A stretch of 64,000 nucleotides of DNA from Camelus dromedarius. Taxonomy: Eukaryota. Position 1 is the stretch's first letter. The number at the start of each line of letters is the position of its first letter. The DNA lies in the NCBI RefSeq assembly GCF_036321535.1, contig NC_087436.1, positions 75,766,001 through 75,830,000 on the forward strand, read 5' to 3'. A model generated the notes under the pieces. The model did no database searches. It saw only the letters and a program-made list of their open reading frames with translations, and was not told the DNA's origin. The translations under genes and the position numbers were made by a program. Positions 37,520 through 50,880 of this stretch are shown one piece after another.

Positions 37520-38441
37520 CTTTAAATATCCTGTATAGGCTGTCAACACCCAAATTTATCTCTCCAGCCCAAATTTCTTCCCTATACTCTCATGTGAAAT
37601 CCAATTGCCTACATGGCATCTCTATTCATGTTCTAACAATCATCTCAAACTTAGTATGTCTCATACCAAACTGTTGACCTTTCCCAAACCTGTTCACCCT
37701 GTAGTCTTCTGCACGTAAGTTAATGGCAACACCATCTTTTTCTTCCTCATGCCAAAAAACTGGGAGTTCTTTTTGACTCCTCTCTGTCTCTCACACCCCA
37801 CATCCAATCCAACAGCAAGTATTTGCAAAGTTTCTCACTGGATTATTGCCATAGGCTCCTTACTGGTCTCACTGTTTTTCAGCCTATTTCTCAATACAGT
37901 AGTCAGAATGGTCATATCATGTGACCTCTCTGCTCAAATCCACCAAAGGCTTTCATTTCACTTAGAGTGAAAGACTAGAAGTCCTTATCATGGCCATACA
38001 CAATCTTGCCCCTCCCTGCCCCGGTACCCACCTCCCTGTGTGTTCTACTATGTTCTGTTTCGTTGTCGCTGCTGTGCTATTTTAGGACATGCTGGGCACT
38101 TTCCTTCTTCAGGGTCTAAGTACTCCCCGTGCTTTTTATACTCCTCCCAGATCTCTGCCTGCCTCCTTCAAGTCTTCACTAGTTTATCTTCTTGTGTGAC
38201 CTTTCCCAGTCATTATATGTAAATTGCAAAACTCCTGTTCCGACATTCCATATCTCCTTTTCTGCCTTATTTTGCTCCATCATGCATATCACACACCAAT
38301 ACACCATATTTATTTGGTTTATTGTCTGTCTCCCCCCAACCAACAGAGAAGATTTTCATCTGTTTTGTTCACTACTCTGTCCTTAGCACCTCAGTTAGCG
38401 CCTGGCACATAGTTGGAACTTTAAAAATACTTGCTGAATGA
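37520..38441 (+). mobile_element. L2 (L2a-like) 3' region
   Basis: caaatttatctctccagccc...atccaattgcctac...catctcaaactta...cctggcacatagttgg..aatacttgctgaatga. Confidence 0.85.
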
Positions 38442-39208
38442 CGTAAAGGCAAACTATGAAAAAGCATCAGAAAGGACTTCTGGGTCCTGATCATGAGAAA
38501 GTGACAGGCACCAAAACCTCTCTACCCAATATTCTGATTCCTATTACAGAGTCTGGGCCAAAAGTACACAAAAGAACCAGAATGATCGCAGGTCAAGTGA
38601 ACCAGGCCAAGTGTCTTCTTGGTTATTTTTGTAAATAGTACATATTATAGGAATTTCAAAACTTCCGTCCATTAAAGCAAAATAAGAAGGTTTTGAAAAA
38701 CGGTTATTCGGAGTTACTCAGCATTTGTACTTGGTCACAGAATGTGGCAAGAATTTCTGAAAATGGAGCTCAGATCAAAGGGGAAGGGGATGAAAACAAT
38801 ACGGAATTGAGAGGCTTCTAAATTGCTAGGCACCTTACAGTATCTCATTCAAACCTTCAATAACTTTGAGAGTCAAAGAATATTATTCCAATTACAAATA
38901 TATTAAAATTGAGGTTTAGAAAGAATAATTTCTTTGAAGCCACACAGTTAGTTAAGTGGAAAGCTTAGAATTTCTTCCCACTAGCTCCCTAATACAGGAC
39001 TTAGAATTCATAGCTAATATATCGACTAATTAAATGACTTAGGAGAAATCACTTAATATTTCTACCTTGGTTATCTGCAAAACAATGTACCTTGACTTTC
39101 GAGACATATTGTAGGGTGAATCAGGGTGATGGTCTTAGGTCTTTCTGGCTCTTAATCATTTCTCAGCTAGTTAAGAAGGAATAAAATGTTCTAAATAATC
39201 AAGTCCAC

Positions 39209-39379
39209 ACACAGGGAACTATATTCAATAACTTGTAGTAACCTATAATGAAAAAGAATGTGAAAAAGAATATATATGTGTGGGTGTGTGTAACTGATTC
39301 ACCATGCTGTACACCAGAGACTAACACAACATTGTAAATCAACTATTCTTCAATAAAAAAAAAATTTAAAAAATTTTTT
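39209..39379 (+). mobile_element. 5'-truncated L1 3' end
   Basis: acagggaactatattcaata...acaacattgtaaatcaactat plus A tail; exact 11-bp TSD atcaagtccac (39198-39208 and 39380-39390). Confidence 0.9.
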
Positions 39380-40459
39380 ATCAAGTCCACTATGGCTCAG
39401 GTGTTTCTTGTTCAAATCTTTAAACCCTCAAGAGAAACCACCACCACCAGAATGCAGAGCCTCCTGGAATGTTTTCTCAAGTGAAACAGTCTAGCTGTGT
39501 GAAGGGGTCAGGCCCAGCTAGAAATGGAACTCCTTGCTGGCTATCCATGTGAAGGACTTTGCTAGAGGGAATCCTGTGTTGCCACAGCATAGTCACTTGT
39601 CAAGGACAATGGCTGTTGGCACAGTATTAAATGTGAAGATTGGGAGAGCTGCCAGTGAAAGCAAACTCTTTTGTGTGTGCTGTGTTGTGCTGGGCATCAG
39701 TTGAAGTTCACCATTGATGACCGTCTGAACACTGCCTTTCACTGACAGTCCACCCAAAGGGGCAACTCAGCAAACTGGAGAGTGAATTTCTAGGGAGAGG
39801 CAGCATAGTGTAATGGGGAAAAAAATTAGACTGGCGGTGAGGAAATCCTAGTTTTAATTCCAGTGTTGGGACAGATACCTCCTTTAACTGACCTAGGCCT
39901 CATATCCCTTATTCATTCACTCACCCTGTCACCCATCCAGGCAGCCGGCAGGTACTTATTAGATGCCAACTTGTTTACAAGGGATTGGCTCGGATCACGT
40001 GAGCATTTCATGATTCTGCTTTATGTGTATTAGTGATAATAATAGTCTTATGTACCTCAGAATGATGTAATGAAGAGGAAAATCCAGTTGCTGCCTCTGT
40101 AAAAATGGAAATAATTATGTTTGTCTATAAATGTGTAGGAAAGTAGATATTTTGAGTAACATGAAACTTAGACCATTGCTAGATATTAGTGAGAGAGAGA
40201 GAATGAATCTAGGAACTAATAAAATCTAATGAAATGTTCCTTTTCTTCTTCTTCTTCTTTTTTGTTTTTTGGTAAAAGCAAGATTTCCAAAACTAAAAAT
40301 AGAAGTTAGTTTCAATCATTCTTTTTATAGCTTCTCTAAGAAAGCACACAATAATAACCAAACCTGTGGTTCAAACTATACTTCAGTATTATACCGACTA
40401 CTAGTAGTTTTAGGTGTTCAACCTCTAAAATTCAATATTAGAGGATTTTTTATTGCTAA

Positions 40460-40955
40460 TGTATCAGTTAGGATTAGGTTTTGCTGCACACACACACAAA
40501 AATACACTACCAGTGCCTAAAGAAAGTCAGAATTTGGGGAGATTTTTTCCCTCAGATAAAAGAAGTCTGGAGGGAGACAGTCCAACTATGGCCATTGCAG
40601 GGTGTTGTATCTTTCTTCTCCATTGTCCTAACATGTGGCTTTTATTATTAAGGCCATCTCAGGGCTGTTATAGTTCCATTTATCACATCTGCATTGCAGG
40701 TCAGAAAAAGGAAAAGCAGAAAGGACCCCTCCTAGCTGAGCAGAATCCCTTTCAGCAGCCTGTCTGGGCTTCCCAGCTAGGAATGTCGCTTTTATGAAAT
40801 TGACAGAAAATAGTTACGTGGCCACACTTAGCCCCAAAGGAGGCTGGGAAATGTAGTTTTCCACAGAGACTCTGTGTCTAGCTAAAAATTAGGGTTCTGT
40901 TAAGGAGGAAGGGGAAATGGGAGGTAAGGGTAGACAACAAGCAGTCTCTTCCACA
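40460..40955 (-). mobile_element. MLT1J-like solo LTR
   Basis: tgtatcagttaggattagg...tggccacacttagc..aaaggaggctgggaaatgtagt...agcagtctcttccaca. Confidence 0.8.
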
Positions 40956-41298
40956 CAAAATATTAAGAAAAAAGATAAGTCAGTGGATAGAATTTCCTCA
41001 ATTTTAAATTTTCCTCCATAGTATTTCCTATTCTTTTGATTTTAATATTACCAGCTTTTCATAATAGTACACAATATATCTGATTCAATAAAAAACAATA
41101 TACTTTTTCTATAACAAGTATTTGTATTTTATTTCATTCTGTAAAAAGCAACATGATTTTCAAGTGTTTCATTACGTGATTAAATTTGAGCCTCATAATC
41201 CAAATCAAAGGAAATCGTAGATGTCTAGTTTAGAAACACATCCTACATGGAACTAAGCTGACAACTCTTCCCTGAGAGCCTTAGCCCAGAAGCATTTA

Positions 41299-41606
41299 CA
41301 GTATTCACAGGGGGTTGGTTTCAGGACCCCCGTGGATACCAAAATCCTCGGATGCGCAAGTCCCTCATAAAATGGCATAGTTGTGTATAACCTACGTATA
41401 TCCTCCCATATATTTTAAATCATTTCTAGATTGCTTATAATACTTAATATAATGTAAATGCTAAGTAAATAGTTGGCAGCATGCAGCAAATTCAACTTCT
41501 GCTTTTTTGGAACTTTACTTTCTGGAACTATTTTTTTCCTCAACGTTTTCCACCTGTGGTTGATTGAATCCACAGAGGCAGAACCGCAAATACAGAGGGC
41601 TGACTG
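41299..41606 (+). mobile_element. MER2/MER2B non-autonomous Tigger DNA transposon
   Basis: TA|CAG...ggacccccgtggataccaaaatcc...ttaaatcatttctagattgcttataatac...gagggctgaCTG|TA, with TA target duplication. Confidence 0.88.
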
Positions 41607-43794
41607 TACTAAAAAGCATATTGACATCAACACCAGCATAAAACGAGGCATCCCGGAAATTTTTTCAGCACAGAAGAATGTCCTTCCACTGTGGTCACAG
41701 CATGTTCATCTTTCTACATCTGTCCTCAAATTCTTGGCAACACAATTGTGCTCCGAGTAAAATCCTTTTGGTATTTTGTGTTGACCTAATCCATATGTGT
41801 ATTTGCGGGACTTTCTGTTTATTTAGAATTTGCCTTTAAGACTTTAAATAACTCTGAGCAACAGTGCCTGAGGAGCTCATTTCCTAACCCAAGGAGCCTG
41901 GCAAACCAGCTGGGTTAGGAAAGAGCAGTGGAGCGTCCCAAACTGTCCTGACTGTTTGAGGAAGTCTCCTCCACATGCCACAGTACTGGGGTGGCAGCCA
42001 AATGAGAAACATAAGATCTCGATGTCGAAGCAAGGTTTTCATTCCTTTACAAACAACTATCACTATATGACATAAGCTGAAATTCAATCCAATTTGGGCC
42101 TTGCTGGCAATAGTATAATTCCTGGATGAAATGAGGCTTGGAGAAATTTGAAAAAGCAAATTTGTTACGTGACTTTGGGCAAATCACTTAACCACACTAA
42201 ATTGTTGTTATTTTATGAATAACAATATTCATTACATTAGCTTATTAACCCAGTAATTCCCCCAGAGTATTTCAATATTATTAAGTAAATATAAGAAAAA
42301 TAACTACTCGTCATCCCTTATTTGGTCAAGTAATTTTTGTCACATACTAAGACAGTTTTAGCAAGACTGTTAATTGGGGGGTGTCAGAATGTTACTCACT
42401 TTAATAAGGGAATTGAACTCTGTAATTTATAACATCCTAGCTGGATTTCATGTTCTACCACTCTAGAACTTATTGTCTCTAGACGCCTTTTTTCCTTCCT
42501 TGGGTTGCTCCTAAATTCTGGGCATTTTACTGACCATTGTCTCCCCTTCTAAAGGTTGGCAAAGGAAAAAAAAAAAGATTCTGGGAGCTTGCCTTAGTTT
42601 ATCTCCTTATTTAGGTCAACATGGGCAACGTCCTAAACGTTATCTATTACTATTAACCAACACTATCATGAGATATCTCTATAGATCAACAACAAAAGGA
42701 TTCCCCTAAATGTGAAGGTCTGCTTAGTTCAAGCAATATTTGATCCAGTGCAAATCTAGTATAATAGGAACCCCCTGGAATGACTCTAATAGACCTGAGT
42801 CTGTTTCCAGGTCATTTCAATAGGAAACCTGAGACTTCATTATCTGTTTGTAAATGCATTATTTAATACGTAGTTCACTCGGAATCAGTCCTCACCACTT
42901 TTCTTTTGCCCTCTTCCGGTGTCTTTAACAGCCCTGAAGCTTTGAGGCTCTGCTCTCTTTCTGATTCACGGTTCAGTTTCATCAGCACTCCTGTTTCCTG
43001 TTTTGTCCCCGACCAGGCTGCTCATTTTGCCCTCTAACTCCTTCCCCTTCCTCTTCCGAGGATATCATCAACATTTCCGGGAGGGATGGGTAACGCCACC
43101 AGCTTCTCTTGCTGCCACTTTTTCTCTTCTTTCTTTTTCTTTTTTTAACCTCCTTTGAACCTTCCTAAGCCTCCTGTAATGACTGTGTCTCTGTTGCCGC
43201 TATTTCAGGACTTCTGTGGCTTTAGAGTTTGATCTGGATTCAGGTCTCCTAGCCGAAACCATCGCAAACAAGTCGTTTGAGGTTTTTGCTGGAAGGTAAT
43301 TTGAATTTGTTTACATGGCCACCAGCTCCCAATTTAGATGTCATGAGATTTCTGGGGTGGAGGAGTGACCTTCCCAGATTACCTTTCTCTTATTAGTAGG
43401 GATGGGCTGTTTTGTTAATGACTCAACCTCGTTTCTTACAATTCTAAATAATTACTGCTGAATCAGGAGAATTACTAAAGTCTTTCATTTCAGGAGGGTT
43501 GATGAAGAGTTAACTAAAGTCAGCTCTAGATATGGCTATATTTATATGATTTGATATACCTACATCAACATGAACACTTACAAACACATACACATGAACA
43601 CACACACTTACACAAAAACACAATTATTCCTTGGTAATCTTCTGGCATTTTTTTCCCACAAGGAAGACACAAATACAAACTGAATATGAACAAAATAAGT
43701 CAGCTGACATGGCAAATGACAGTGGACCTCTCCTGCTTCTTTTCTTGTTCTTTTCTGTTTTCTTTTCTTTTTGGTCATCACTGTTTAGGTGAAG

Positions 43795-43828
<34 letters not shown>

Positions 43829-44274
43829 CCCCAAATATTTCTTAGGCTGCTGTCAAATTATTGGGCTCTGAGGTGCACATGTATTCATTCAACAAATACT
43901 CACTGAGCACCTACTATGTTCCAGGTGCTCACAGTACAGCTGTTAACAAAACAGACTAGATCCCTGCTGTCCAGAACCTTGTATTCAGGTGGGTGATCAC
44001 CTTTCAGGATCAGTTATCCTGCTCATTAGATCAAAATCCAACATGATTTAAGACTCCAAGAGGAGACGGTTGAGGCAGGAGCAGAGATAGAGTTTACCAC
44101 GTGCCCTGTCGTGTGGTTTCCTAACAGGCTAAACGCGACACATCCTGAGGGACTGCACCCTCTTCCTTCCTGTTTCTGTCACTCAGAACTCATAACTACG
44201 TTTCACTTCCTACCAACTGAAGGCTTTTGCTAGGTTTCTATTTATTCTTATTAAGTGAAAGGGCCGTTTTTTCC

Positions 44275-44578
44275 TTTTTTGTTGTTTTTGGAGGGGGCAG
44301 GTAATTAGGTTTGTTTGTTTTTTGCTCGTTTGTTTGTTTATTTGTTGGAGGTACTGAGGATTGAACCAAGACCTTGTGCATGCTAAGAATGTACTCTACC
44401 ATGGAGCTATACCCTTCCCAGCCCTTAAAATTTTTTTTTTTTTTTTTGGGGGGGAAGGTAATTAGGTTTTCTAAAATTTATTGTTTATTTATTTATTTTA
44501 ATGGAGGTACTGGGAATTGAACTCAGGACCTTGTGCATGCTAAGCATGCACTCTACCATTGAGCTATACCCTCCCCCC
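44275..44578 (-). mobile_element. Two head-to-tail Vic-1-type SINEs (about 44275-44420 and about 44430-44578)
   Basis: Two copies of ggtaattagg...ggaggtactg..attgaac..gaccttgtgcatgctaag...gagctataccc. Confidence 0.9.
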
Positions 44579-45459
44579 TTTGTTCTTTTCCCTAGCAATA
44601 TTCCTGCCCTGCACCCATATAATCCCCAGTGGAACTATTCTCTTGCCTTGATTGTCTCCAGGAGGCAAGACAGGTCCTCAGAGGGACCTTCTCTTCCTCT
44701 GTAATATCTCTGATCAGACCGACTGAGATGACAACTGAAAGTGCCACCGTTAAAAGTCACCACGAAGTTCTTACGGAACCCCCACTTTAGTCTTTTTATT
44801 GTTTTGGTTTATATGCCATAAAAAAGAGTAAGCAAGTAATTGCCATATATGTCTTCCCTTCATTTCTGGGATTATGTTTCTGCAGCATACCTACAGATAA
44901 AAGGCACTTCCCAAGACGTCTTAATATTGTCTGGTTTGTGTGGGGTGAGTATATTTGGCTTTTGTTTATAGGTAGTTGTGGATATATCTAAAGAGCCACT
45001 GTTTTCTAAGAAGTCTTACTATTCTTGTTTTCAACTAACAAAAATTGGAAAATAAAGACTGTGGGAGTGTAAAACAAATGCCTGCAATGTTTGTCGTTTT
45101 TTAAACCCTGTTTCTGTGGCTCTTGACTTTTTCTAAGATGACTTCACCTACAAGCTAAGGCCAAGCCAGAGCCCTTGTGAACAGAGACAAAGGGCACAAT
45201 AGCCCATAATAAATGCAATCTGGGCTCTCTGTAGCATATTGTATGTATAAAAAGTAAAAGGCTGATTTCAAATACAAAGGAAATTAGTAAGGCCTCTTGT
45301 CACTAAGAATTAAGGGAAGACGATTGGAAAGCAGAATCATTCAGTGCAGCTGGACCTACATCCTCCCTCAGATTGGCACTGACACCATATGGTTAGGAAG
45401 TCTGGCTCTTACCCAAGGGGCTTGTACTCAGTTCTCCCTTTGGGCAAGAGTTGGGAGGA

Positions 45460-45650
45460 GGCAGAGAATAGCAGTTAAGACACTGCTTGGGTTCAAGTCC
45501 TGCCTCTATCACTTATTTGCTATGCTTTCTTAATAACCTGAGCACAGAATAACAGTACTTGCCTCATAGGGTTGTCTTAAGATTTAAATGAGATAATGCA
45601 TGTAAAGCATACGGCTTAGCTGGCACATAGTAATCAATGTGTGAGATACG
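45460..45650 (+). mobile_element. MIR SINE
   Basis: gggttcaagtcctgcctct..cactta...cctcatagggttg...ttaaatgagataatgcatgtaaagca. Confidence 0.8.
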
Positions 45651-48426
45651 ATGATGATGGTGATAATGATGATGATGATGGGATCCAGGGAGACCCCAGG
45701 CTGAATGCACCTGGAATGACTCAGTTGGTTACTGAAGTAAGGAGTCTGAAATATGAACCAGGCGGCAAGCTCCAAAAGGTGGTTAGAGAACTGTCGTGGT
45801 AAATTGGCAGGGTTGCTAAAGGATACGGGGTGATGCCTTTAACACCAAAAGGGGTAAGGGTGCCCTTTTATCTCCTATGGAACAAAGTGCGTCACCTGGT
45901 CTAGCTCTGACTATGCAAGGGGACGGATCTCAGCAGAGAAGACGTTGAACCGAACTAGCATGGTTAGGGTCAAGTGAGGCAAATGCTTTTCTGTTTGTTT
46001 GCCTGGTTTGGCATATTCCTGAAGAGGAATTTTATGGCTTTCACTCTTCTAATACCTGACTTCTATCTAATGGAAGGAAAAAGAGTGCTTTCATAATCCT
46101 CTCTAAAGTCATCCATGTACGTAAGCAAACAAGGAGACCCCGTGTAGGATGGTAGGAAAGACAGATCTCATCCTACCAAAGCACAAAGGAAATAAATTCC
46201 CTTCTAAACATGTTGCAGTTATACAAGCCATAAAATGTATTTCCATAAAATGAGCCATCATTTTGAAAATAGCACTACATATAGTTTGTATAATTACCAA
46301 ACAGGCAACTGAAAAATGTAACGTTGACAAGATTCAAGAAATAGTTGTTTAGTACCTATTTTGTGCATTATTAAACAATGGCAGAATCATGCTATTCTGG
46401 TGCTTTATGCATCGATTCACATCGCCTCGTCAATATCTAATTTCTTCAACCTTCATAAAAAATAATAATCCAGAATCTCCTACTGGGAATACAGTAGCAT
46501 CTATTCATAAATTCATAGCATTTTAAAGCTGGAAGGAGTCTCACAAGAGAACAAAAATCAGTGTCTTAGGCTTTTTTCATAATGCTAGTTAATGCCCCAA
46601 GGAGCTTTTGAAATTTTAAAATATTATTTTAAAAACATCTTACAAGAGAAATTATTTAGTCAAATATATCAACGGGCTTGCTGGATCCCCACCTATTATA
46701 AGAATTCATTCATCCTAGCAATGTCAATTTTAGGAAGCACAGAATAGAAATTCAGATAACATAATTGACTGATTCAAGGTGAATGGGTCATTCATTAGAG
46801 CGAGATGACAATCAGGAGGGCATCAAAAGAAAGAAGGGTTAGCATTCGACCTGGTTGATTATTTCTGTTCCCAGCTGAAAAATATTTCCTGAATTCTGCC
46901 CAGCTCCTCTTGAAGTAGACAAATGTTAAAATAGAAAGAAGTGGTCATGTGCTTTTGTTCAGTATGGGCTCATGGGGGAAGTCCTATAATATTTTCAGCT
47001 GGTTGCTATGGAGCCAGCCAGCAGTGAGCTCAGCTAATAAATTTGGGCTGACATTGTTGTGGGATGGTACGACAGTGGCAATTAATAGACAACTAAACAT
47101 TGGAATTGTGCAGCAGAGGAAAAGTAAGGCAGGGGGATAACAGCAGAGTTCACCACAGAGAAAATCACAAAGTGCACACAAGAAGGGTATGGATTGCAAA
47201 CTTCACAAGGTATTTACAAATCCCTGTGAACAAGATATACATGTGACTTTCCCCCGAGCCCTACCACTAGTAGATGTTCCAGGGAGAACAATTTACCTGC
47301 ACCTTGTAGCCAGAGCACGAGGGCAAACTGGTTAAACTATTTTGGGAATTTAGCTGAGGTCTGAAGTAACTTTGAAAAACCACATTCCAGGCTGGTTGGA
47401 TTTCTTGGATTTTCAGGTCTCTGCTGTGGAACTTCTGAAAACCATCAGAAGTTCAATTGGAAAGAATTAAAGAACTAGTTGCCTTCATTTTGTTTAATCG
47501 GGCAGTGAGGTCATGATGACAGTCATCATGAGCTATTCTTTTTCTATGGCTCTGGACAGAATTTTTTTTTTTTTTTTTCCTATTCAGCGCTTCCTGCTTG
47601 GTGTTTGTTTAAGCTGGGAGGAAAGTCATCATTCAAACTCTGCAACAACAGATTGCAAGCTAAGGCTTTTCTACACTTTGTTTAATTTTCCTGAAATGTC
47701 CTTTTTTTCCAGAAATGACTTATTGGTGACCCGGCATGCTTTACTTCTTACTCAACACTCCCCTGGGGATGTAGCTAAAACACTACTTAGCTGTAATTCT
47801 CCTGGGTGGGGAAGTGGTGGGTGGTGGCAATGAAACCAAAGCCCAGATCTGAGCAACTCTGGGCTATTGACTTTATGCTAGTCTTTTATGAAGGGATCCC
47901 TCAAAACACCACGCCACTCAGCAAACAGTGTGCATTTCATCTAAGCCTGGCTGGCTTTGCGCTTGCCTTTCTTCAGGCTAGAATGATCCTAACCAGCAAT
48001 GTCTTTGTGTCATGATGCAGAAAGTTGGCAAGTACACATGAGGATAATGCTGAAGTATAACTTCTGAGTGGGGGAGGGAGTCAGAGAGAGAAATAAGCTC
48101 TTCACAATGGCTAGTGGTTCTCTTTCCTGATGTTTGTTCCAACAGAAGTCAATCATTGTGCATTGTCTTTTGGGGAGTGAATACAACATATTATTTTTGG
48201 GTAAAAATTGAGATTTCTTTGGGTAATGAAGTATATGTAAAATAGAAGTTCTCTGTACTTGATTTCTTTGCTTTTATTTTAGTGCCTCCTAAAAGCATTT
48301 TTCTATGAGAAGGAAAATAACATAATAGGTCTCTAAAGATGAAACTCTTTAAAGGATAGAAATATTAGATATCAAGCCCACTAGAACTAGTACGATATGC
48401 TACCAAAAATTTTAAAGGTTCTTGTA

Positions 48427-48895
48427 TGTAGTGAACTTTGTTGATTGCCTACTCAGCAAAACAACTTTCCCTTCTTCTCAAAAGAACCTCAATTTTTCTT
48501 TCCTCTCAAATATGCCTGGAGGAGGTTGATTCCCAGCTGCAGAGCGAAGTCCGACAATGACCACCCTCTGTCAGTCACCCACTCAGGAATGGGCATGTGA
48601 TTCAGTTCTGGCCAGTAAGATGGAAACAGAAGTTTGTTGGAGGATTCTGGGAAGTTATCCCTTGCTGGTCAGAGAACCACAGGAATGCTTTCTTTTTCTC
48701 CTTGGATGGAAATAAAGAACATAGTCCCAGTTGCTCATATAGTCATCCTAAATCCACAAGAAGAACAAAATTGAGGTTAAAGCTGTGGATGGTCCTTATG
48801 ACATGACTGAACCAGTAGATTAATCAATATACTTCTTTGTTTTTTAAGCCGTTCAAGTCACACTCATGCTACTGCAGCTGAAGTCATCCTTTTAA
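48427..48895 (+). mobile_element. MLT1 (H/I-like) solo LTR
   Basis: tgtagtga...gggcatgtgattcagttctggccagtaagatg...tttaagcc...tgcagctgaagtcatcct. Confidence 0.7.
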
Positions 48896-49331
48896 CGTAG
48901 ATCTGCCAAGCTTCATCCTGTACATCTTAGTTTTTGCTCTTGCCTCTTCTTTCCCTCTGTCTTTTTCAAAAATAAACTGCAACCTTTGTTCTGCCTTGCA
49001 CAATCCTACTCTGACACTCCCCTTTTTGCCCTCTTTGCCTCTTCTCTCTCTTCCTCTCCATTTCCCTCTTCTCCCTACCAGTGGTACCCAGAGGTATATC
49101 TTCATCTCATTAGTCACAGCTGGGATCAGAGTAGGACTACCACTAGGTCAAACTCTGGACCACGGGAGCTCTGCTCCCTTTTCCTCCTTGTGCTTTGGCT
49201 GTCAACTCCCCTCACCTCTCAGTAGTTTCCTCCAGCCTCCACTACACATAGCAACATGTCTGTGCATTCTGAGCCAACCACCCCCAAACTGTATTTTCAT
49301 TGAAATATCTTTTGAAGATAATGCCTTAATT

Positions 49332-49552
49332 CAGTGGCTTTCAAATCTTATTTTGATTGCAACCCACGTTAAGTATCAACACTCTGTAAGCACATAATAC
49401 ACACAGAAAACACAAATAAAAGTTTCACAAAACATGCTTACTTTTCCTATCTGTAATACATTCTGACATTTTCTAGTCTGTTTTGTTTCACTTTTTAAAA
49501 AATTGCTTGTCTGTACTCACTAAATTGATTTCATGAGTGGGTTGTGACCACC
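49332..49552 (+). mobile_element. hAT-Charlie non-autonomous element (MER112-like)
   Basis: cagtggctttcaaa...aaaagtttcacaaaaca...ctcactaaattgatttcatga..gggttgtgacc. Confidence 0.55.
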
Positions 49553-50499
49553 CACATTGCCTTAACCTGCAGCAGAAATTGATGGGCATTATGACCAACT
49601 CACAAGGAAGGTTTTGAGGGTAGTTAAGGTCTTACTGAAACTTGAATAAAACGGCAGCACAAACTGGAAGGGATACAGTTTGTGTGAGTATCTGTAATAT
49701 TTTTTTTTCCTAAAAAAGCAAAGAGTGAGTGAGACAGTGTACAAATGCTGACAACTGATGTGATCCTAGTAATTGGGGGAGCTCTTTCTGAAATAAATAT
49801 ATTTAACAAACACCATCACAGTTATTTCTGAAATGTAGAGGTGTTTTCTTCAAAAGCTGTTGGCATTCCAGAGTCAATGTATTGATTGCATTTTTATGTT
49901 TAACATTTTAGGACCTATTAAATACATCTGTTTGATCATTCATTTGGTGGCTTTTGTACCTCTTTAAGAGCTTGGAGTTTGATAATGGCAGATTATCTGT
50001 AAGCACCATTTTTATACTATTGGTTTGTGGCCAAGATGTGCTGTCTTTCCTGCTGATAACTAGGCGTTATCAGCTATAACCACTCTTAGAGCCTGTGCCA
50101 TCCAAACCCCGCATGTATAGAGACTATAGAATGCTTGAGGATCACGTTGCATCCAGGAAAGCCCTGTTTATAAGTTGTGAAGTACCATGTAAATATAAGA
50201 TGAGATTGTGAAATTTTAAAAGTAAAAAACTCTTTGCTTAAGAAATCACTCAAGAGTTTTGACATTTCTATTAATGATATTGAGTCCTATAAAATTTTTT
50301 CCATAACTCTAATTAAACACGCAGACACACACGCAGACACACACTTGCTAGTCAAGCCTATATTCAACACAATGCAAGCTGGTTAATGACGCACAAGCCT
50401 TAAGCTCTCCTTTCTAGAGCACATTAGGAGCTAGGTATTCTTCTCTATATAGTCATGTTTGTAATGTGACACAGCCAGAACTGCTAACTGATGTAACAT

Positions 50500-50880
50500 A
50501 GCCTTAGTAGTTAAGACAAGGTTTTGGAGACAGAAAGGCTCCAAATGCATGCTTACTTCTTACTAACTCTGTGCACTTGGGTGAGTTACTTAACCTCCTA
50601 AGGTCTGGTGTTTCTCATCTGTAAACTGGGGATAATATAACTCGCTTCACAAGGATGTTATAAGATTGAGTTTATCTCTACCCATTAAATTAATTTCATG
50701 ATTCACTAATGGATGGTGACCACCAAAAATACAGCCATAGTATAAACTCTGTTATTAAGAATCATGGACACAGACAAATTTGTAGTATGCAGGGGTGTGT
50801 GTGTGTGTGTGTGTGTAAAGCACTAAGCACAGTGATACACCTAGCAAAAGTTCAAGAAATGGTATTATTAACAATAATAG
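50500..50880 (+). mobile_element. MIR SINE with an internal interruption and a (TG)n tract
   Basis: ttgggtgagttacttaacctc...tttctcatctgtaaactggggataat; resumes after (TG)n at tgtaaagcactaagcacagtg. Confidence 0.7.
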
